The position numbers and the translations under genes are program-made. Under the pieces are notes generated by a model, which was not told the origin of the DNA, did not search any database, and was given only the letters and a program-made list of their open reading frames with translations. This document shows positions 13,742 through 28,800 of a stretch of 64,000 nucleotides of DNA, piece after piece; the first letter of the stretch is position 1, and every line of letters starts with the position of its first letter. The stretch comes from Octopus sinensis (taxonomy: Eukaryota). The stretch spans positions 113,584,001 to 113,648,000 of the forward strand of contig NC_043003.1 in assembly GCF_006345805.1 (NCBI RefSeq), in the 5' to 3' direction.

Positions 13742-13775
<34 letters not shown>

Positions 13776-15889
13776 TATATATATATATAATAATATTAGG
13801 GAGTATATCCAAACTTACAGGGAAAAATTAGATTTAAGATTAAATTGAAATTCACAGTATAATATGAATTTAATTAGAGAATATAATAAGTATTACTTAT
13901 TATATTATATATAACTATTTTTATACTTTTTGGTTAGTTAAAAAAAAAGAATTGAATTTAAAAATTTAAAAATATAATAATTAAAAAATATAAGATTTTA
14001 AAATTTTAATAATTTAAATTTTATATTTTCTATATATATATTATATATTATATTAATTATATTTATTTTTTGTTTTTATGTTTTATGTCGATCACTGTTT
14101 GAGTTACCTAATAGTGGTTTTATCTCTAATTTAATTTAATTTATATATATATTTATATATATATGCATAATTATTTCACATTCTGGTGTTTATAGAAATT
14201 TTTATTCACAAAATTCTTCCATACATCTACAAATGTGCCATCATTTGTGAATGACCCTTAATGACTAGCATGAAAAGCATATAGACATAGCACAGTGCTT
14301 GTCAGGGTATTACAAAATGTGTGTGTGTATATGCATGTAAATAGATATATATGAATATTTGGGCCACATGGAGGCAATGACTGAATCTGTTTGGCATTAT
14401 ACCATGCTTGAGAAGAAGGCCTATCAAGCCAACGGAAACTGCAGTCGTGGCAAATACCAGTGTCACGAAAATAATACCCATGCCAATTGCATGTAAAAAC
14501 ACCCGTTACGCTCTCGGAGTGGTTGGTGTTAGGAAGGGCATCCAACTGTGAGTCTGCTGCAGCCTCACAGCTTGCCAAACTATCTAAGCCATGCCAGCAT
14601 GGACAACAGACATAAAATTATGATGATGGTGATAATGATTTGATAGATAGATAGATAGATTAAGAGGTATACTGTATTATGGATAAAGACAGATGAAATT
14701 AGTAATCTTAGTTATCTATGATGGATGACCACCATCTCAAGAGAGGACATCATGTTTGACCATGTTGTCAAACCGAGCCCCAATATTGAAGTAATAAATT
14801 TTGTGTCTTTTTTTGTTTTTTCCATCCAACCATTTTTGATCAAATATTGAATGCAACCCAGGCATACAATTGTCAGCTTATCTATTGCTGGGGGTAGGCC
14901 AAGCTAACCATTTGAACTGACCACATCTGACAGTTTACACTAAACTCACTACCCTCAACTGATAATTTATCTATTGACCCCAAAGTGAAAGGCAAACTTG
15001 ACCTTCAATCCATTTAAACACAAACTGCAGAGAGCTGCAACGAATATCAAATGGCATTGTTACATTCCAAACTCTGCTGCCTGATGCATGCGTGCGCACG
15101 CATGTGTGTGTGTGTGTATTAGCATGTGTGCACACATGTTAGTTTTATTATGTAAATATACATGCATGTATATAAATAAGAATATACAATAGAAACAGCC
15201 ATAAAAGTGGCATCATTCTTATCTCTCATTCTCCACTTTCTCTAAATCTTTTTGCTTTTCTGCAATAAAGATTAAAAATCCTGCAACGTTTCAACCCCGC
15301 TTCATTTCTTCTCATTTCAAAGATTTTCTTTCATTGTTCACATTCTCTGACTCTTATTGTTTCATTTTACTTTTCAATACTTTTCCTACAATATGTCTTA
15401 CTTATTCAAATTCGCTTTTATTCTCTTCACAGTAGAAGCTTCTTCATTATGTGTATATGTTCTTATCAACTACAAATACACACATACATATGCACAAGTA
15501 CGCCCCCCACAGACACACACACATAGGTATATATATATTATATATATATATATACATACATATATATGTATAATATATGTATGTATGTATACTGCAGTTT
15601 GATAAAATAATGGAAACAATGTTTTATATTTAACAATGCTTCCTTTAGCAACAGGAGAAATTCAAAACTGTTCAAGTCTGTATACGTGTGTGTATACGTG
15701 TGTGTGTGTGTGTGTGTTCATATGCATGTTGTATGCTTTGTATCTCACACTGTAACACCCACTCCTTTTGTTTTTTACTTAAGATATATATAAATAAGTT
15801 AGAATGTGTGACCTATCTGATTTTCAAAGAGGACCAACTGTTTGTGAGTAGATGGCTGGATCTTCAGTTACTAAAACTGCCGAAGTGTT

Positions 15890-16640
15890 TAGTACTTTGA
15901 AGAGGAGTCCATTCTGAAATCATATTGACATTCCAAATCCAAATTGAAACAAGCTCTCGCAAGCACATTTGTGGATAGAAAGCAAAGCTTGCAGGTGGGA
16001 CCACAGAAGGAAATGCACTGTGTGTAAAATGCATCAAATTACTGCAACAAATATCAGAGCAGAATTAAAACTCAACATTGCCAACCTTGTGTCAAGCGAA
16101 ACCATTGATTGTGGGCTGCTATTACTAGACCTACCACCACCACCTTCAACATAACTAGGGAAAGGATGGTATCTAGACTATCAGAAGTGGCTCAATGTAA
16201 CAATGTTGTCTTTGCAGAATCATCATTCACCATTTTCCTTCACTTTGAGACAAGTTTATGACTGGAGACAAAGAAATCTTCAGCCTTGACTGTTTGGTCC
16301 CTACCATGAAGCATGGAGATGGCTCTGCTGTGAGGGACATGCATATCATGGAATTCTCTCAGCCCTTTAGCTGTTTTACATGGCAGAGCTAATTCCAAGA
16401 ATTATTTGAGTATTTTGGTTGATCATGTTCATCCTATGGTACAAAGATCATTCCCTGTTGGTAACACAATCTTCCAAGACAATAAATGAACCAATTCACA
16501 TTGGGATGAAGAATACAAAAGAAAGAAAGTTATCACTTGGATTGACTCCCCAACAATCACTGAATCTAAATATTCAAAAGCTAAAATGATACAAAGCGCA
16601 TTGTAACTAGTGATGTATAACAACATCTGATTGTCTGGTC
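15890..16640 (+). pseudogene. Degenerate Tc1-like transposase relic
   Basis: Fragments ITATNIRAELK...VSSET and ILVDHVHPMVQRSFPVGNTIFQDN resemble Tc1 HTH and DDE regions. Confidence 0.65.
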
Positions 16641-16925
16641 GATATAGTGATACTGGGATAATGTGTAAAGCTGAAAGTATGTGTATATGTATAAGCATAT
16701 AGTGTATGCACAAAATGATCTAGAAGTCCCTGTATTATTTAATTAAATTGAAAACTTTTTTTATTTCATTAAATATCTTCCTTTTTTATTTTTAATTCTA
16801 TTATTGTTATTTTGTGGTAAATATCTTTGGATAAATTTAGAAAAGATATCATTAAGAAGAGATTGGAAAATAGAATGGCACACCTATCATGGTATTCTTG
16901 TTCAATTGTTTGAGTATATCTAGAT

Positions 16926-17126
16926 CAGTGGTTTTCAACCAGGGTTCCGCCAGTACAGTCCAGGGGTTCCACAAGAAGTTACAAAAATGCTAAAATCGAC
17001 TGTAATTTTTAATTCTCCTGTGCAGATATGTGTGCATAGGACAATTAAATTATTGAACAGGGGTTCCTCGAGCCAGTGAAATGTTTTCTTGGGGTTCCGC
17101 TCCAGCAAAAAGTTTGAAAAGCACTG
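16926..17126. mobile_element. hAT (Charlie-like) MITE
   Basis: TIR cagtggttttcaa...ttgaaaagcactg with a perfect 8-bp TSD ATCTAGAT on both sides. Confidence 0.9.
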
Positions 17127-17676
17127 ATCTAGATAAATGTCCAGGGACAGGTCTGAATGACTGTCAGGAACAAGAGTAGGGTAAATAGACCAGTTAAGCA
17201 AGAATTCCTAAATTTTGAAAACGAATGGAGGCCTGATGTGTTGATTGGAATTAAAAAATGCTATGGGGAGAAAGCTGAAAGCTATTATGAATAGAGAGAA
17301 TGTGTGGGTATGAGATAGGGAGAGGTTAAAAAAAATAAAACCACCTAAATCGAAATGCTTAACTGACTACAACTGACCTTTGTTGTTAACTGGTTTATAT
17401 TAATGTTAATGGGACTTTTGAAATCAGTCTGTATATAGCAATTTAAACGATTATATATACTTTGAAATATGGAAAAGTTTCTTTTCTCTTTAATAAATAT
17501 GCATTCAATATTTCAGTAATTCTCAAATGTATATTTTCAAACTAGTTATTTCAGCCACACTGTTGAAATTTATCTTGGGACATTTAATCATAAAAAAATG
17601 GCAAATACATACAATAAACAAATTCTCAAGATATTTCAGTCCTTTTGATTAGAAATATTGACAAATGGATACTTAC

Positions 17677-17871
17677 GAACACTGCAGTCTGGACCTTTGT
17701 AACCATTATTGCAGATGCATTGACCATGAACACATTCTCCATTTCCATTACAGTCAGGCACCTCGCAGGCATTGGCTGGAATCTCACATTCTTGTCCCTT
17801 CCAGCCTGGATGGCACTGGCATAAACCTTCATTATAATAACCGTTACCATTGCACAATACAGGACATGTAT
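17677..17871 (-). CDS. TENM: Teneurin exon, EGF-like repeats 2 and 3
   Basis: aattacag|AT ACA TGT...GTT C|gtaagt, 195 nt, phase 1-1. TCPVLCNGNGYYNEGLCQCHPGWKGQEC has 5 Cys (Tyr at the third Cys position), followed by a 6-Cys repeat. Confidence 0.96.
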
Positions 17872-18622
17872 CTGTAATTGAAAACAAAAGAAACAAAAGT
17901 AAATATTACTCCAAGAATATACGTGTGTGTGCGCGCGCGTGTGTGTGTGTGTGTGTGTGTGTATAAAATTAGGCATGTATCACCATTATCATCGTCATCA
18001 TTTAACATCCATATTCCATGCTTATATGGGTTGGATCCATGTATGTATAAATGTGTATGTGAACTCTCATGGCCAAGTGGGTAGGGTGTTGCACTCATGA
18101 CTGTAAGATTGTGGGTTCAGTTCCTGGACCAAGCAATGCATTGCATTGTGTTCTTGAGTAAAACACTTCACCTCACTTTGTTCTGTGATCACTTCAACAC
18201 CTGTGGCACACATCGGGCATCCGTTCAGGTGACACCAATTTGATGGAAAGAGAGAGAGAGCTATCGTACAGCACAGACATTTTGATCACTATACACAAAT
18301 CCTTTGTGCAGTTGGGTTCAGCAAGAAATTACTGAACTCACTCAACTGACCATCATCATCCTCATCATCATATATTTCCAAGTAATTGTAGTTGAAATAC
18401 CAACATCAAACTGTGACACCGCATAACCTTTCTTGACCAATCACAGGCTAACGTCCAGTAGTAAACATTGACTCCCTTCAATTAAACTCTCATTCAGACT
18501 GTAATGGCTGAAGACTAGCAACACACTTGAAACTCTGAGTACCAAGGAATTTGAATCAAACTGTTTTGCTACATACATATATATAGATAGATAGACAGCT
18601 AGATAGATTGATATACACACAT

Positions 18623-18655
<33 letters not shown>

Positions 18656-18798
18656 AAATAATATAAAATATATATATATATATATATTGGCCTGCTCCCT
18701 TAGCTAGTGGGGTGGCGTCATTCAAAGGCTAAAACAATGCGAACGCATTGTGACCAGTGATGTGTAACTACATCTGATGGACTGGTCGGTCACGTGAT

Positions 18799-18845
<47 letters not shown>

Positions 18846-19190
18846 TATATGGGTACAGGATGTCACAAAACGTAAACAACATGAAATACAAAAGCAAACT
18901 TTTGTATCCGAACAATGAAAGAAACAAATGGAAATCAAGACAAGTAACAATAAAGAATGTCCCTTCATCAGTTGTCAGCTGTTCATCTACTCCACATTTC
19001 GAGCAACTAACGACAACATGAGGCTTTGTTAGAACAGTTGCTCCCACGAACCAAAATAAAATTTGGGATTTGCGGAGGGTTGAAGTTGGTAACAAAAACA
19101 GCACAGTGGAGACATACAACAAACCAAACGTAAACAAACATGGAGGGCCATTAAGGCCAGAGGAGATAAGTTAGTGAATGCTAGAGGAAC

Positions 19191-19226
<36 letters not shown>

Positions 19227-20061
19227 ATGTGTGCGTGTGTGTATGTATATATATATTGGTAAAAATGGTAAGATAACAAAAGAAAGAAAGAGACCTCAAT
19301 ATTATGTAAATAGAGTAAATTTATCTGTAAAATAATATGTGACAATTATTCGGTAGCCAAGAGAAAACTCTGAGTTTCAGATGCCGAGGTGGAAATCCAC
19401 AACACCATCTCTTTGGTTATCCACCTCGGCATCCAAAACTCAGAGTTTATCTTGGCTACCGAATAATTGTCACATACATATTATTTTACAGATATATATA
19501 TATATATACATACACAGAGCTATCAAAAATATGGTAAAAGATACTTGTCATGCAGTAGAATTGAACTCAGTATGTTGTGATTCTGAAATGAATTTCTTAA
19601 TCTTTGGCTCTATTGCATTTTGTTGTGTAAATACACACACACACACACACACACACATAAGCATAAACATTTACATTTATTTGGGAGAAACAAAAAAAAA
19701 AAAACTATTAATTATGCATGAAAAAGTTGAACAGAATCTATATTCTCTGTAGCAGCAGCTAATCAAATTCTGAAAAACCAGTCAATTTAAAAACAAACAA
19801 ATACATATATTTGCTCTCAACCTTATAAAACAAATGTAAAAGTGTTATTTACCAGCGGATATTGTGAAGTAGAATTGGAGTGTAGGCATGCATTTTAGTG
19901 AAGATGATTGCATTGATATGCATTGCTATACACATTCTTATAACCAAAAAGCCATTGAGAAATAGCCTGAAATTTGATCTTACATATTTTAGAAATAACA
20001 CAAGCATGCACATGTATGCTACTATGTATATGTATATACAGGCACAACACGACTCATACAC

Positions 20062-20097
<36 letters not shown>

Positions 20098-21650
20098 TCC
20101 TCTACACAAACACGCACACAGAGGAAGGAAGAAAAACCCACAAAATACACACCAAATAGAAAAGAAATGTATTAAAAATGGCGACAAAAACTACTACAAA
20201 AAAAATGGAAATGGAAAGCCAGAGTTTGATTTAGATTGCAACACACAGACACAGATTCATAGAAATGCAACACACAGACAGCCATACATACATACATACA
20301 TACATACACATACAACATTACACACTCACACATACATGCAGTCTCACTCTACCATGGAAATATTTACAAACACAAAACACACACAGACATACATTCACAT
20401 GCACACACATACACACTCACACACGCAATGTAACATGAATGCATTTACAGACATATAAACACGCACAAACACACAGGTGGTGTGTAGTCACATACAAACA
20501 CACATAGAAACACATCCATACACACATAGACACAAAACAAATCAGGAAAAAAGTCCTTTTCTTTTTTATTGTATTCTTGCTTTTTTTTTGCTTTTTAGCA
20601 TTTTTTTTTCCTTTTGGTTATTGTTATTGTTGACTGCAAATGATGTGGTTCATTTTCATCCTAAGCAAATAGAAAATTTATTAGAATTCTGTCATTGCAG
20701 AGGAATTAGCTTCAAGTGTCAGCATGGATCATATTGGTTTGAGCCAGGGTGGGACGAAGATGGAGAGATTAGATATGGCAGAGATATTGGGAGGGGAACA
20801 GGAGGAGGAGGCAGTGGAGACTAACAGATCTCACTGGTTTTGCATTATATGGATGCGAGTGTGTTGTACTTTGTGTCTGTAAGAGATACAGAGAATGGAT
20901 GTTGTGTGTGCAAAGTGATTTCACATCACAGAGTCTTAGAATGGTAAATCCTAGGCTAAACAGATGAAAAGAAAACCAGTAACAACAGTGGTAAAAAAAC
21001 AAAAAAAAAAAAAACATCAATGGAAGAAGCAGAATTGATAGGAAATAAAAAGCAAAAAAAAAACCGAAAAGAAACATTAAATTCCAAACAGCTATATGAA
21101 TCGCATCAAGAAAGTGAAAACAACAAGAACTATGGAATCGGACCACTGCAAACAACAACTATAAAAGAAAAAAAAATAGGATTCAGCAGATATAAAACTA
21201 CAACCGAAACAAGGATAGTGCCAATGGAATTACCGAATCTGCTAGTTTATCAACAAATCAAGGAAGTTAATATAGAATTACTTGAATATTTTCAACCTTA
21301 AAAACAAGGAAATATTGGAACCACTTAGAGCACAGATAAATTTTCTCATGGCTCTCTGCCAGTCTTACAAAATTCAGTGGGTAATAAGAGAATAGAACCC
21401 GTATGTGGTTACATAGCAAAAATTACTAACAAGAAACTCAGATAATAATAAGCAACACAAATAAAGTTAAGACAATAAAAAAATGCTTTTCTAATGGAAA
21501 AAAATACATCTTCAGTTGGATTAATGTGATTGTTTGTTTGCTTCAGTAGAATATATCAGACTTATGGCTTGATATTTGTCAGTGAGGTTCCAAAGAGAAT
21601 GTCTACATTGCACTGGTGAGTTAAGTAGTGTTTTGTCTTTATTACCTTAA

Positions 21651-21858
21651 CCCTGGCCAAAACCGCCTCTGGCTCTGTAGTACAAATGTCTTACTTTCAT
21701 AAGTATTGAATTAAAATCTTCCACCAAACCTTAGTCACAATTTATGTTCCTAACACTAGCTTAAGGATAACTAAGTTCTTTTACTAAATTCTTTGTTATA
21801 TTTAAAATTAATTGAATGAAACACAGAACATCTCAAAATAAATACGGTAATGAAAGGG
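21651..21858. mobile_element. piggyBac-type MITE copy
   Basis: TTAA-ccc...ggg-TTAA ends, body homologous to 12209-12428. Confidence 0.8.
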
Positions 21859-22289
21859 TTAATAGTTGAAAATTGAAATTCACAGAAATATATTCAAGGA
21901 AGCAGTGGAAGTTTGTCATTACTGGTTCAGAGTGGATTAGAAATTCTAATTTCGCTTTCAACAAAAATCACACAAGAGAGGTTTTGAAAATTTAAGTTTG
22001 AAATATGAATCACACGATAGGCAAATTGTCAGCCTTCAAAGAAACACATTTCCCCCACTTCCATTGTTACAATAAATGAGATCTGGATTCACTCAAATTC
22101 ACATTTCAGTTGCTTCCACATTTGTACAAAATAATCAAATAGGTTTTGCTTAATTGAATTAAAATGCAAATCATTTCCACAAACAAAAACCATATTGATA
22201 GGATTTCAAATTTATAATTAGGCGTATAAGAGGAACGGTATAGAAAAAAAAACTAAATAGTCAGATAGGGTAGCACGTTCAGACAGGAG

Positions 22290-22860
22290 AGAGAGAAAGA
22301 GAGATTGAAGAGCTTGGTGAGGATTGGTACCCGGGCCTTGGGCATATTGTTTGTGAGGAATGGAAGGGAGAGTGCCATAGACTACAGCCTTGTTAGTTTG
22401 AAGGGACTTGAAGTTTTGCTTTGCACTTGCCATGTTTATACCCATGGTAGTGGTCCTCAAAGAGGAGGAAGTTTTGGGAGAAATTTATCTTGTGAGTACA
22501 GCATGGAATTGGATTCAAAATAATTAGCAAATGTGGAGGTTTTCACCAGAGAAACACTTTTTTACCAAAGAATCATGCTAAAGAAGACTAGAAAAGGAGG
22601 ATTTTCTAAAATTGGTTGTTTGGCTGTGATTCCAAAGGTAGGAAAACCAATGGGCTGTGCAATCAGTGGAAGCATTCTTTGTAGTTTTGATGATAGTCTT
22701 TGAGGAGTTTCAGTGCTTGTTCAAAACCATCCAGCTGTAGGGGAAAATAATGTTTTTTAAGCATTCCAGGTAGCCATGAGTGAATCCCAAGGCTAAATTT
22801 GGACTGAAGATTTTTAGTTTTATATGGGATGTGAAGAGATTTGTTTAAGAGGGTGGTTCC
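22290..22860 (-). pseudogene. Degenerate CR1/L2-like LINE ORF2 fragment (between endonuclease and RT)
   Basis: Frames read NFRKSSFSSL, KSLQTNKA and PILTKLFNL. Confidence 0.45.
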
Positions 22861-23457
22861 TGTCACCTCCTTACCAACTGATCCACAATTTTTGGTCTTA
22901 GGGTACTCTCTTTTCAGCCACCTTGGGAGTACACCCCAACATCTCTACCATTCTCTCACCCTTTCCTGCTGGAGTAGCTATGTTTATCCTCTACATCACA
23001 CTCCTCTACTCCTGTCCCCTTATCATACTTTAGCTCATCGATACTTGACACAAAGCCACCTCCCTCAATACTGAATCGCAGTTTTATTAAGGATTTCTTG
23101 TTTTGCAAGGTATTTGGTGACTTCACTGGTACTGATGTGGCAAAAAAAAAGGCACCCAATAGACTCTAAAAACTGGTTGTCATTAGGAAGGGCAGGCATC
23201 CAGCCATAGAAACCATGTGAAAGCAGACAATGGAATCCAACTTTGCCCTCTGACATTTCTGATCCTGTCAAACCACCCAACCAACGTTAGCATGGAATAC
23301 AGACATTAAATGGGTGGTGATGATGATGATGATGATGAGGAGGAGGAGGAGGAAGTGGTTGTTTATGTGTGCATATGTGTGTACTTGCACACGTGTACTC
23401 AAATATGAGAGCAGAAAGCTACATCAAGAGTAGTTGGAAAATGAGTAAAAGACATTG

Positions 23458-23489
<32 letters not shown>

Positions 23490-23529
23490 CAGCGGCAGCA
23501 GTGATGGTGGTAGTTATTTGAGCCCATTC

Positions 23530-24880
23530 TACTGAGTGGGGCAGAGAGGACAAATGTTTTTGAAATGGCTGTTACTCAGTCCCATTAGGAGGGATATAGG
23601 TCTGACAGGTGCCATTTGGTCCGTGGTGTCACAGTACTTTTTTGTCTTTTCAGGTGAAGCCATAGCACCGTGGACAACAGAGCATCATGTGTTTGCCTAC
23701 AACAGTTACATGAAGAATATCGAGTCTGTCACTGCAGTTCAGCATGAGTTTCAGCGCCACTTCAACATTCACCAAAATCAGGCTGCTCCCACCTGTAACA
23801 CAAATCTTATGTTGGCAGAATGCACTTCGTACATGAGGTACACAAAGTATACTAATGAATAAGAGACTGGTGGGGGTGCCATGAATGGATACAGACCCTG
23901 GAAAATGTGGAACATGTCAGACAAGCTTTGATACGGAGTCCAAATCGCTCTGCTCGGAGGCATTCCACTGAACTTGGCATTGGTAATCAATCAATAAGGT
24001 GTATTTTGCATGAAGACCCATACAAATTGGTCATTGGGCAACAGTTGAAACCATGGGACTATGCACAGCAGCTTAACTTCGCACGTTAGATGGAAGCAAT
24101 TTTTGAGCCAAATGACAACCGCATTTTGTTAATGAGTGATGAAGATCATTTTCATCTCAATGGCATGGGCATGGTGAATCAGAACTGTCATTATTGGGTT
24201 CTTGAAAATCTGAGAGAACTGCACGAAAGACCACTGCACAACCCAAAAGTGACAGTCTGGTATGCTGTTGGAAAAGCTGTTGTCATTGGTCCTTACTTTT
24301 TGAGGACAATAATGGAAATGCTGTTACTGTGAAATCCGAGCACTACATTAAGATGATAAACAACTTCTTTGTGCCTGAATTATGACAGAAATGCATGCCT
24401 ATTCAGTGTGTGTGGTTTCAACAGGATGGGGTGATGGCACACACAGCCAGAGCATCAATGGGTGTTCTTTGCCCTCTCTTCAATGACTGCCTCATTTCCA
24501 GGTTTGCTGACATTCCTTGACCCCCTCAGTCACCTGATTTGTCCATGTGTGATTGTTCTTGTGGGAAAACCTCAAGGTGTGTGTATATGTGCATAAGCCC
24601 CATACATTGGATAATTTGAAGGAAGCTATTCACATGGGGGTTACCCAAATCAGCAGAGCAATGCTGGAAAGAGTGGAGGCCAGCTTCCAAGAACACCTTC
24701 AGAAATGCATCAAAGAAAACAGGCACCACATGATGGAGGTTGTTTTCCACATTTGATTTTGACAAATGCTAATCCAATACACATTGTTTGCAGCTAAGAT
24801 TAATGATTTTGAGAATTTTTCAAAAATGTCTGTCCCATCATTTGCACAAAAATGTCTGTCTCTCATTTGCACAAGGAAAT
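23530..24880 (+). pseudogene. Degenerate Tc1/mariner transposase, DD41D (rosa/Visitor-type)
   Basis: Fragments with LMSDEDHFHLNG, WFQQDG and PP.SPDLSMCD, 41 residues between the 2nd and 3rd Asp; stops and frameshifts present. Ends approximate. Confidence 0.85.
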
Positions 24881-26219
24881 GGGTAACATTGATAGCAGGA
24901 TTTTTATGCCATAGCAGCCTAAAAAGTGAAGGTAATGATGATTGAGGGACAAGTAACACTTGGACCATTTTGAATTATGTCTCATAGTTTGTTCAATAGT
25001 GTCTAAAGAGGATGTGAAGGCTAGAAGAGATGGTGGTTATATGTTGACTTTTGGAGATGTTAACAGTGGTAGTAATGGAAGGGGAAGAGGAGGAGGATTA
25101 ACGCAGGGTAACTGCCTTGTGAGAAAGGGAGTAAAATGATGTTGAAGATAAAGAATGAAGCAGTGGTTCTTTGAAGTGGCCAGGTGAGGGGGAAGAAAAG
25201 TTAATGAAGAAAGCAGTGGGTTAACCCTCAACCCCACCTCTCTAATATTGACTAAGAACAGCCAGTGGGGGTGGAGAAGCAGGACAAGTAGATAATTTTT
25301 ATTGAAAATGAAAATATTTTGTGTGTGTGTGTGTGTGCTGTGACATTATTTATGAATAGAATAAGAATTTATTGTTAGACATCAATAGAAACCCAAAACT
25401 ATACGGAGAACAAATATACAGGCATAAGAGTATGTCTGTGTGTGTATGTTGCATCTGGGTATGTTTGTGTTTGTATACTGGGTCTTGTGGACATAACAAG
25501 ATATTTAACTAGTGTTATCTCACTTTAGTCAACCTAGTTGTAAATAAGTACTGCTGGTACTTAGTAGTCATTTTCCATAAGTAGCCATTGTAAATAATAA
25601 AATTAATTCTCAAGTGTTTTAGTATGTTGCTGCCCAGAGTTCATGGCCCTGCTATGCTGTGTGCTGTAAGTATTGGAGGGAATGACTCCCTTAAACCAGA
25701 CCAGGCAAAACCACTCTACCAGCACTTAAGTCAACCTATTTATTTGATTCTAAGAATTTGGATAAAATAAGTATTTCTTTATTGCCCACAGGACGCTAAA
25801 CATTGAGGGGACAAACAAGGACAGAAAAAGGGATTAAATCAATTACATTGACCCCAGTGCATAACTGGTACTTATTTAGTTGACCCTGAAGGGATGAAAG
25901 GCAAAGTCATCAGCGGTGGAATTTGAACTCAGAAAGTAACGGCAGACGAAATACCACTAAGCATTGCTCCGGGCATGCTAACGATTCTGCCAGCTTGCCG
26001 CCCTGATAATGATTCTGCCAGCTAATGATGGTCTGATGAGCATTGAGTTAGCTGACCGGCTGGTGTCCATTTGATGTAGAACTCATCATTATAGGCACCG
26101 ACCAACTGGTTAGCATATTTGATTACCATGGATTCCATGGTGATGAACAACGATGGTGTATGTCTGTGTATTGTATCAAATGAGAGTACATGTAAAAATG
26201 TTGTATATATATATATAAG

Positions 26220-27470
26220 CATATCTGTGTGTGTGTGTAAATAGATGGAGCCAGCAGCTGCAGTGGTAGTGGTGGTGGTGGTAGTAATAATCTGTGGTCC
26301 TAAGTGGTAGACACAGTAGTAAGGCTGTTGCTGTAGCTGCAATCGTTGTAGTATGAGTGTGTGTAGTGGTACCATTGATGGGTTCAGTGATAGTTCTGTT
26401 ACTTCCAGTTGTTTATGGAAGATGGTTGTAGAAGAAGAAAAAGGTGACAGTTTTAGTGCTACTACTATTGATGTACAGCAGAGATAGTAATATGGTGATA
26501 AGGAAGGGGAGTTAGCAGTAGCAGTGGTAGTAATAGTAGTAGTAGTAGAGGCTTAGTGCTACTGTTAATTTTGTTGGACGTGGTAGTCGCATTCGTAGCT
26601 GTTGGATGAGTGGTGTCTAAATGATCAGTGATGGAGTTCAAGGCGGCAGTGTTTTGTAGTAGTGATAGGGATGCAAGGAGATGTGGTTGCTGCAGTTGTA
26701 GCTGTACGATGCGAGTGGTGATGCGGTTGACAATGTTTACGGTAATGATTTTATTATTTACAGAGACGATGATAAAGCTCACAGTGTAAATAATGGTGGC
26801 GGCGGCAGTGGTGGTGGTGGTGGCGGTGGTGGTGGTGGTGGTGGTGGCGGTGGTGGTGGCGGTAATGCATGGTTGTGGCAGCAGTGGGGGTGGTGGTGGT
26901 GGTTGTGGTAGTTGTGGTGGTAGTTGACTTGTGGTAGTGCTGATCACAGTGATGGAGTTGGTAGTAGTAGTGATAATTGTGGTCATGATGACATTGATGG
27001 TATGAGAAGATGCTCATTGTCGAGGTGGGCGGGGTTGGGTTGGTTGGTTGGTTGGTTGGTTGGTTGCAGTTGTGGTGATGGTAAATGCATGGTTTTTGGA
27101 GCGAGAGTACTAACCGAGAGTGGGGGTGGGGGTGGATGGCACGATGCTGTTCAGTGGTGGTGATTCTGTTATTATAACACAACGGATGGTATCATTAGTG
27201 ATGCGACTACTACTACTAGGTGGTAATGTTAACAGTGCTACCGGAGACGATATTGGTATTGTTGTTGTTGTTCATTTATTAATAAGGCTGGTCGTAATGA
27301 CATTAGTGATGGCATCACTCTTACCACCACCACCACCACCATCATCACTGATAGCATCACTAGATGGTGTTAGTGATGCAGTCAGTAATGGTAACAGTGA
27401 CAACAGTGGTGATGGTGTTAGCTGTAATGAAGGTTGAAGTGCTGCTGCTGCTGTTGTTGGTGATGCCATT
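26220..27470. repeat. Low-complexity (GGT)n/(GTA)n/(GAT)n-rich tract
   Basis: Degenerate trinucleotide runs that give poly-Thr/His/Val pseudo-ORFs. Confidence 0.85.
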
Positions 27471-27828
27471 TCTTGAGTGGCCTAATTACCACATTCTTTC
27501 TTCAATTGACAATGTTATTTCACAGTGAAGAAACAGTGTTCCCTCTGAAGAGTTCCACAATGACTCAGGGTAAGGGAGCGTGTGTGTGTGTGTGTGTGGA
27601 TGGAGATGAGGAGTGGGGGTCGGGGCGGGGCGGGAAAGGATAATGAAGACGCAAGAGACAAAAACTGAGAGATAGACAGACAGACAGACAGATAGACCAT
27701 CAGACAGACAAATGGAAGAAGCTACATGTGAGTTAGGTGCAAAAACATTCAAAATGGAGTATCATGTAGATGTGTGTGTGTGTGTGAAATTCTATTTGTG
27801 CATGTGAATTTATCATACACACAGACAT

Positions 27829-27884
<56 letters not shown>

Positions 27885-28280
27885 TCTTTTACTCTTTTAC
27901 TTGTTTCAGTCATGTGACTGCAGCCATGCTGGAGCACCGCCTTTATTCGATCAAATCGACCCCAGGACTTATTCATTGTAAGCCTAGTACTTATTTTATT
28001 GGTCTCTTTTTTCTGAACCGCTAAGTTACAGGGACGTAAACACACCAGCATCGGTTGTCAAGCGATGTTGGGGGGGACAAACACAGACACGCACATACAT
28101 ATATATATATACACATATATACGACAGGCTTCTTTCAGTTTCCGTCTACTAAATCCACTCACAAGGCTTTAGGTCGGCCCGAGGCTATAGTAGAAGACAC
28201 TTACCCAAGATGCCACGCAGTGGGACTGAACCCGGAACCATGTGGTTCGTAAGCAAACTACTTACCACACAGCCACTCAT
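27885..28280 (-). mobile_element. SINE family A copy
   Basis: Reverse complement of the 8987-9417 pattern. Confidence 0.85.
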
Positions 28281-28654
28281 ATATATATGTTGAGAGAGAG
28301 ATGTATGTATCTTATCTGTATATGCATATGAGTATATATGTAATACATGACATATATACATACACATATTATACAATATATACTACATATATTAAACCAT
28401 GACAGCCTTCACAAAGTCCTTCAGCCTGTTTGAAAATACAGTAAAGACTTCTTCAAATAACATCTAAGACCTTAAAGGAAGACACTGTAGTCCTAGATAT
28501 AACTATGCCTCGAAAATAAGACATGGCAGTCATGGCTGGAAGGCTACGGATCCTTGGTCTGTTTTGCTTACTGTTGACCTGGCACTAAACTGGCACTGAA
28601 CAGTAACAAATGTACATACATACACACACAGATGTGCTCATATAAATGTGTGTA

Positions 28655-28690
<36 letters not shown>

Positions 28691-28800
28691 CTTTATGTGA
28701 AAACTTTTAAGTATTTAATATTGATTCTCTTGGAATACACAGAGGAGGGTATACCAGGTTCATTCCGTATATCTTCTTTTATAAATCTTTCATAAATATG

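Noticed and set aside
18840-19190. Minus-strand GAAA...GTA...CTGATGA in a block flanked by (TA)n, possible hammerhead
   Set aside because: Stems II and III do not pair in any topology I could build; at most a decayed retroelement fragment.
26022-26375. ORF containing AYNDEF, superficially like the teneurin YND motif
   Set aside because: The real YND exon is 42549-42669, and no convincing splice-site pair was found here.
26465-27469. Poly-Thr/His/Val ORFs resembling mucins
   Set aside because: Trinucleotide low-complexity DNA with no splice structure.
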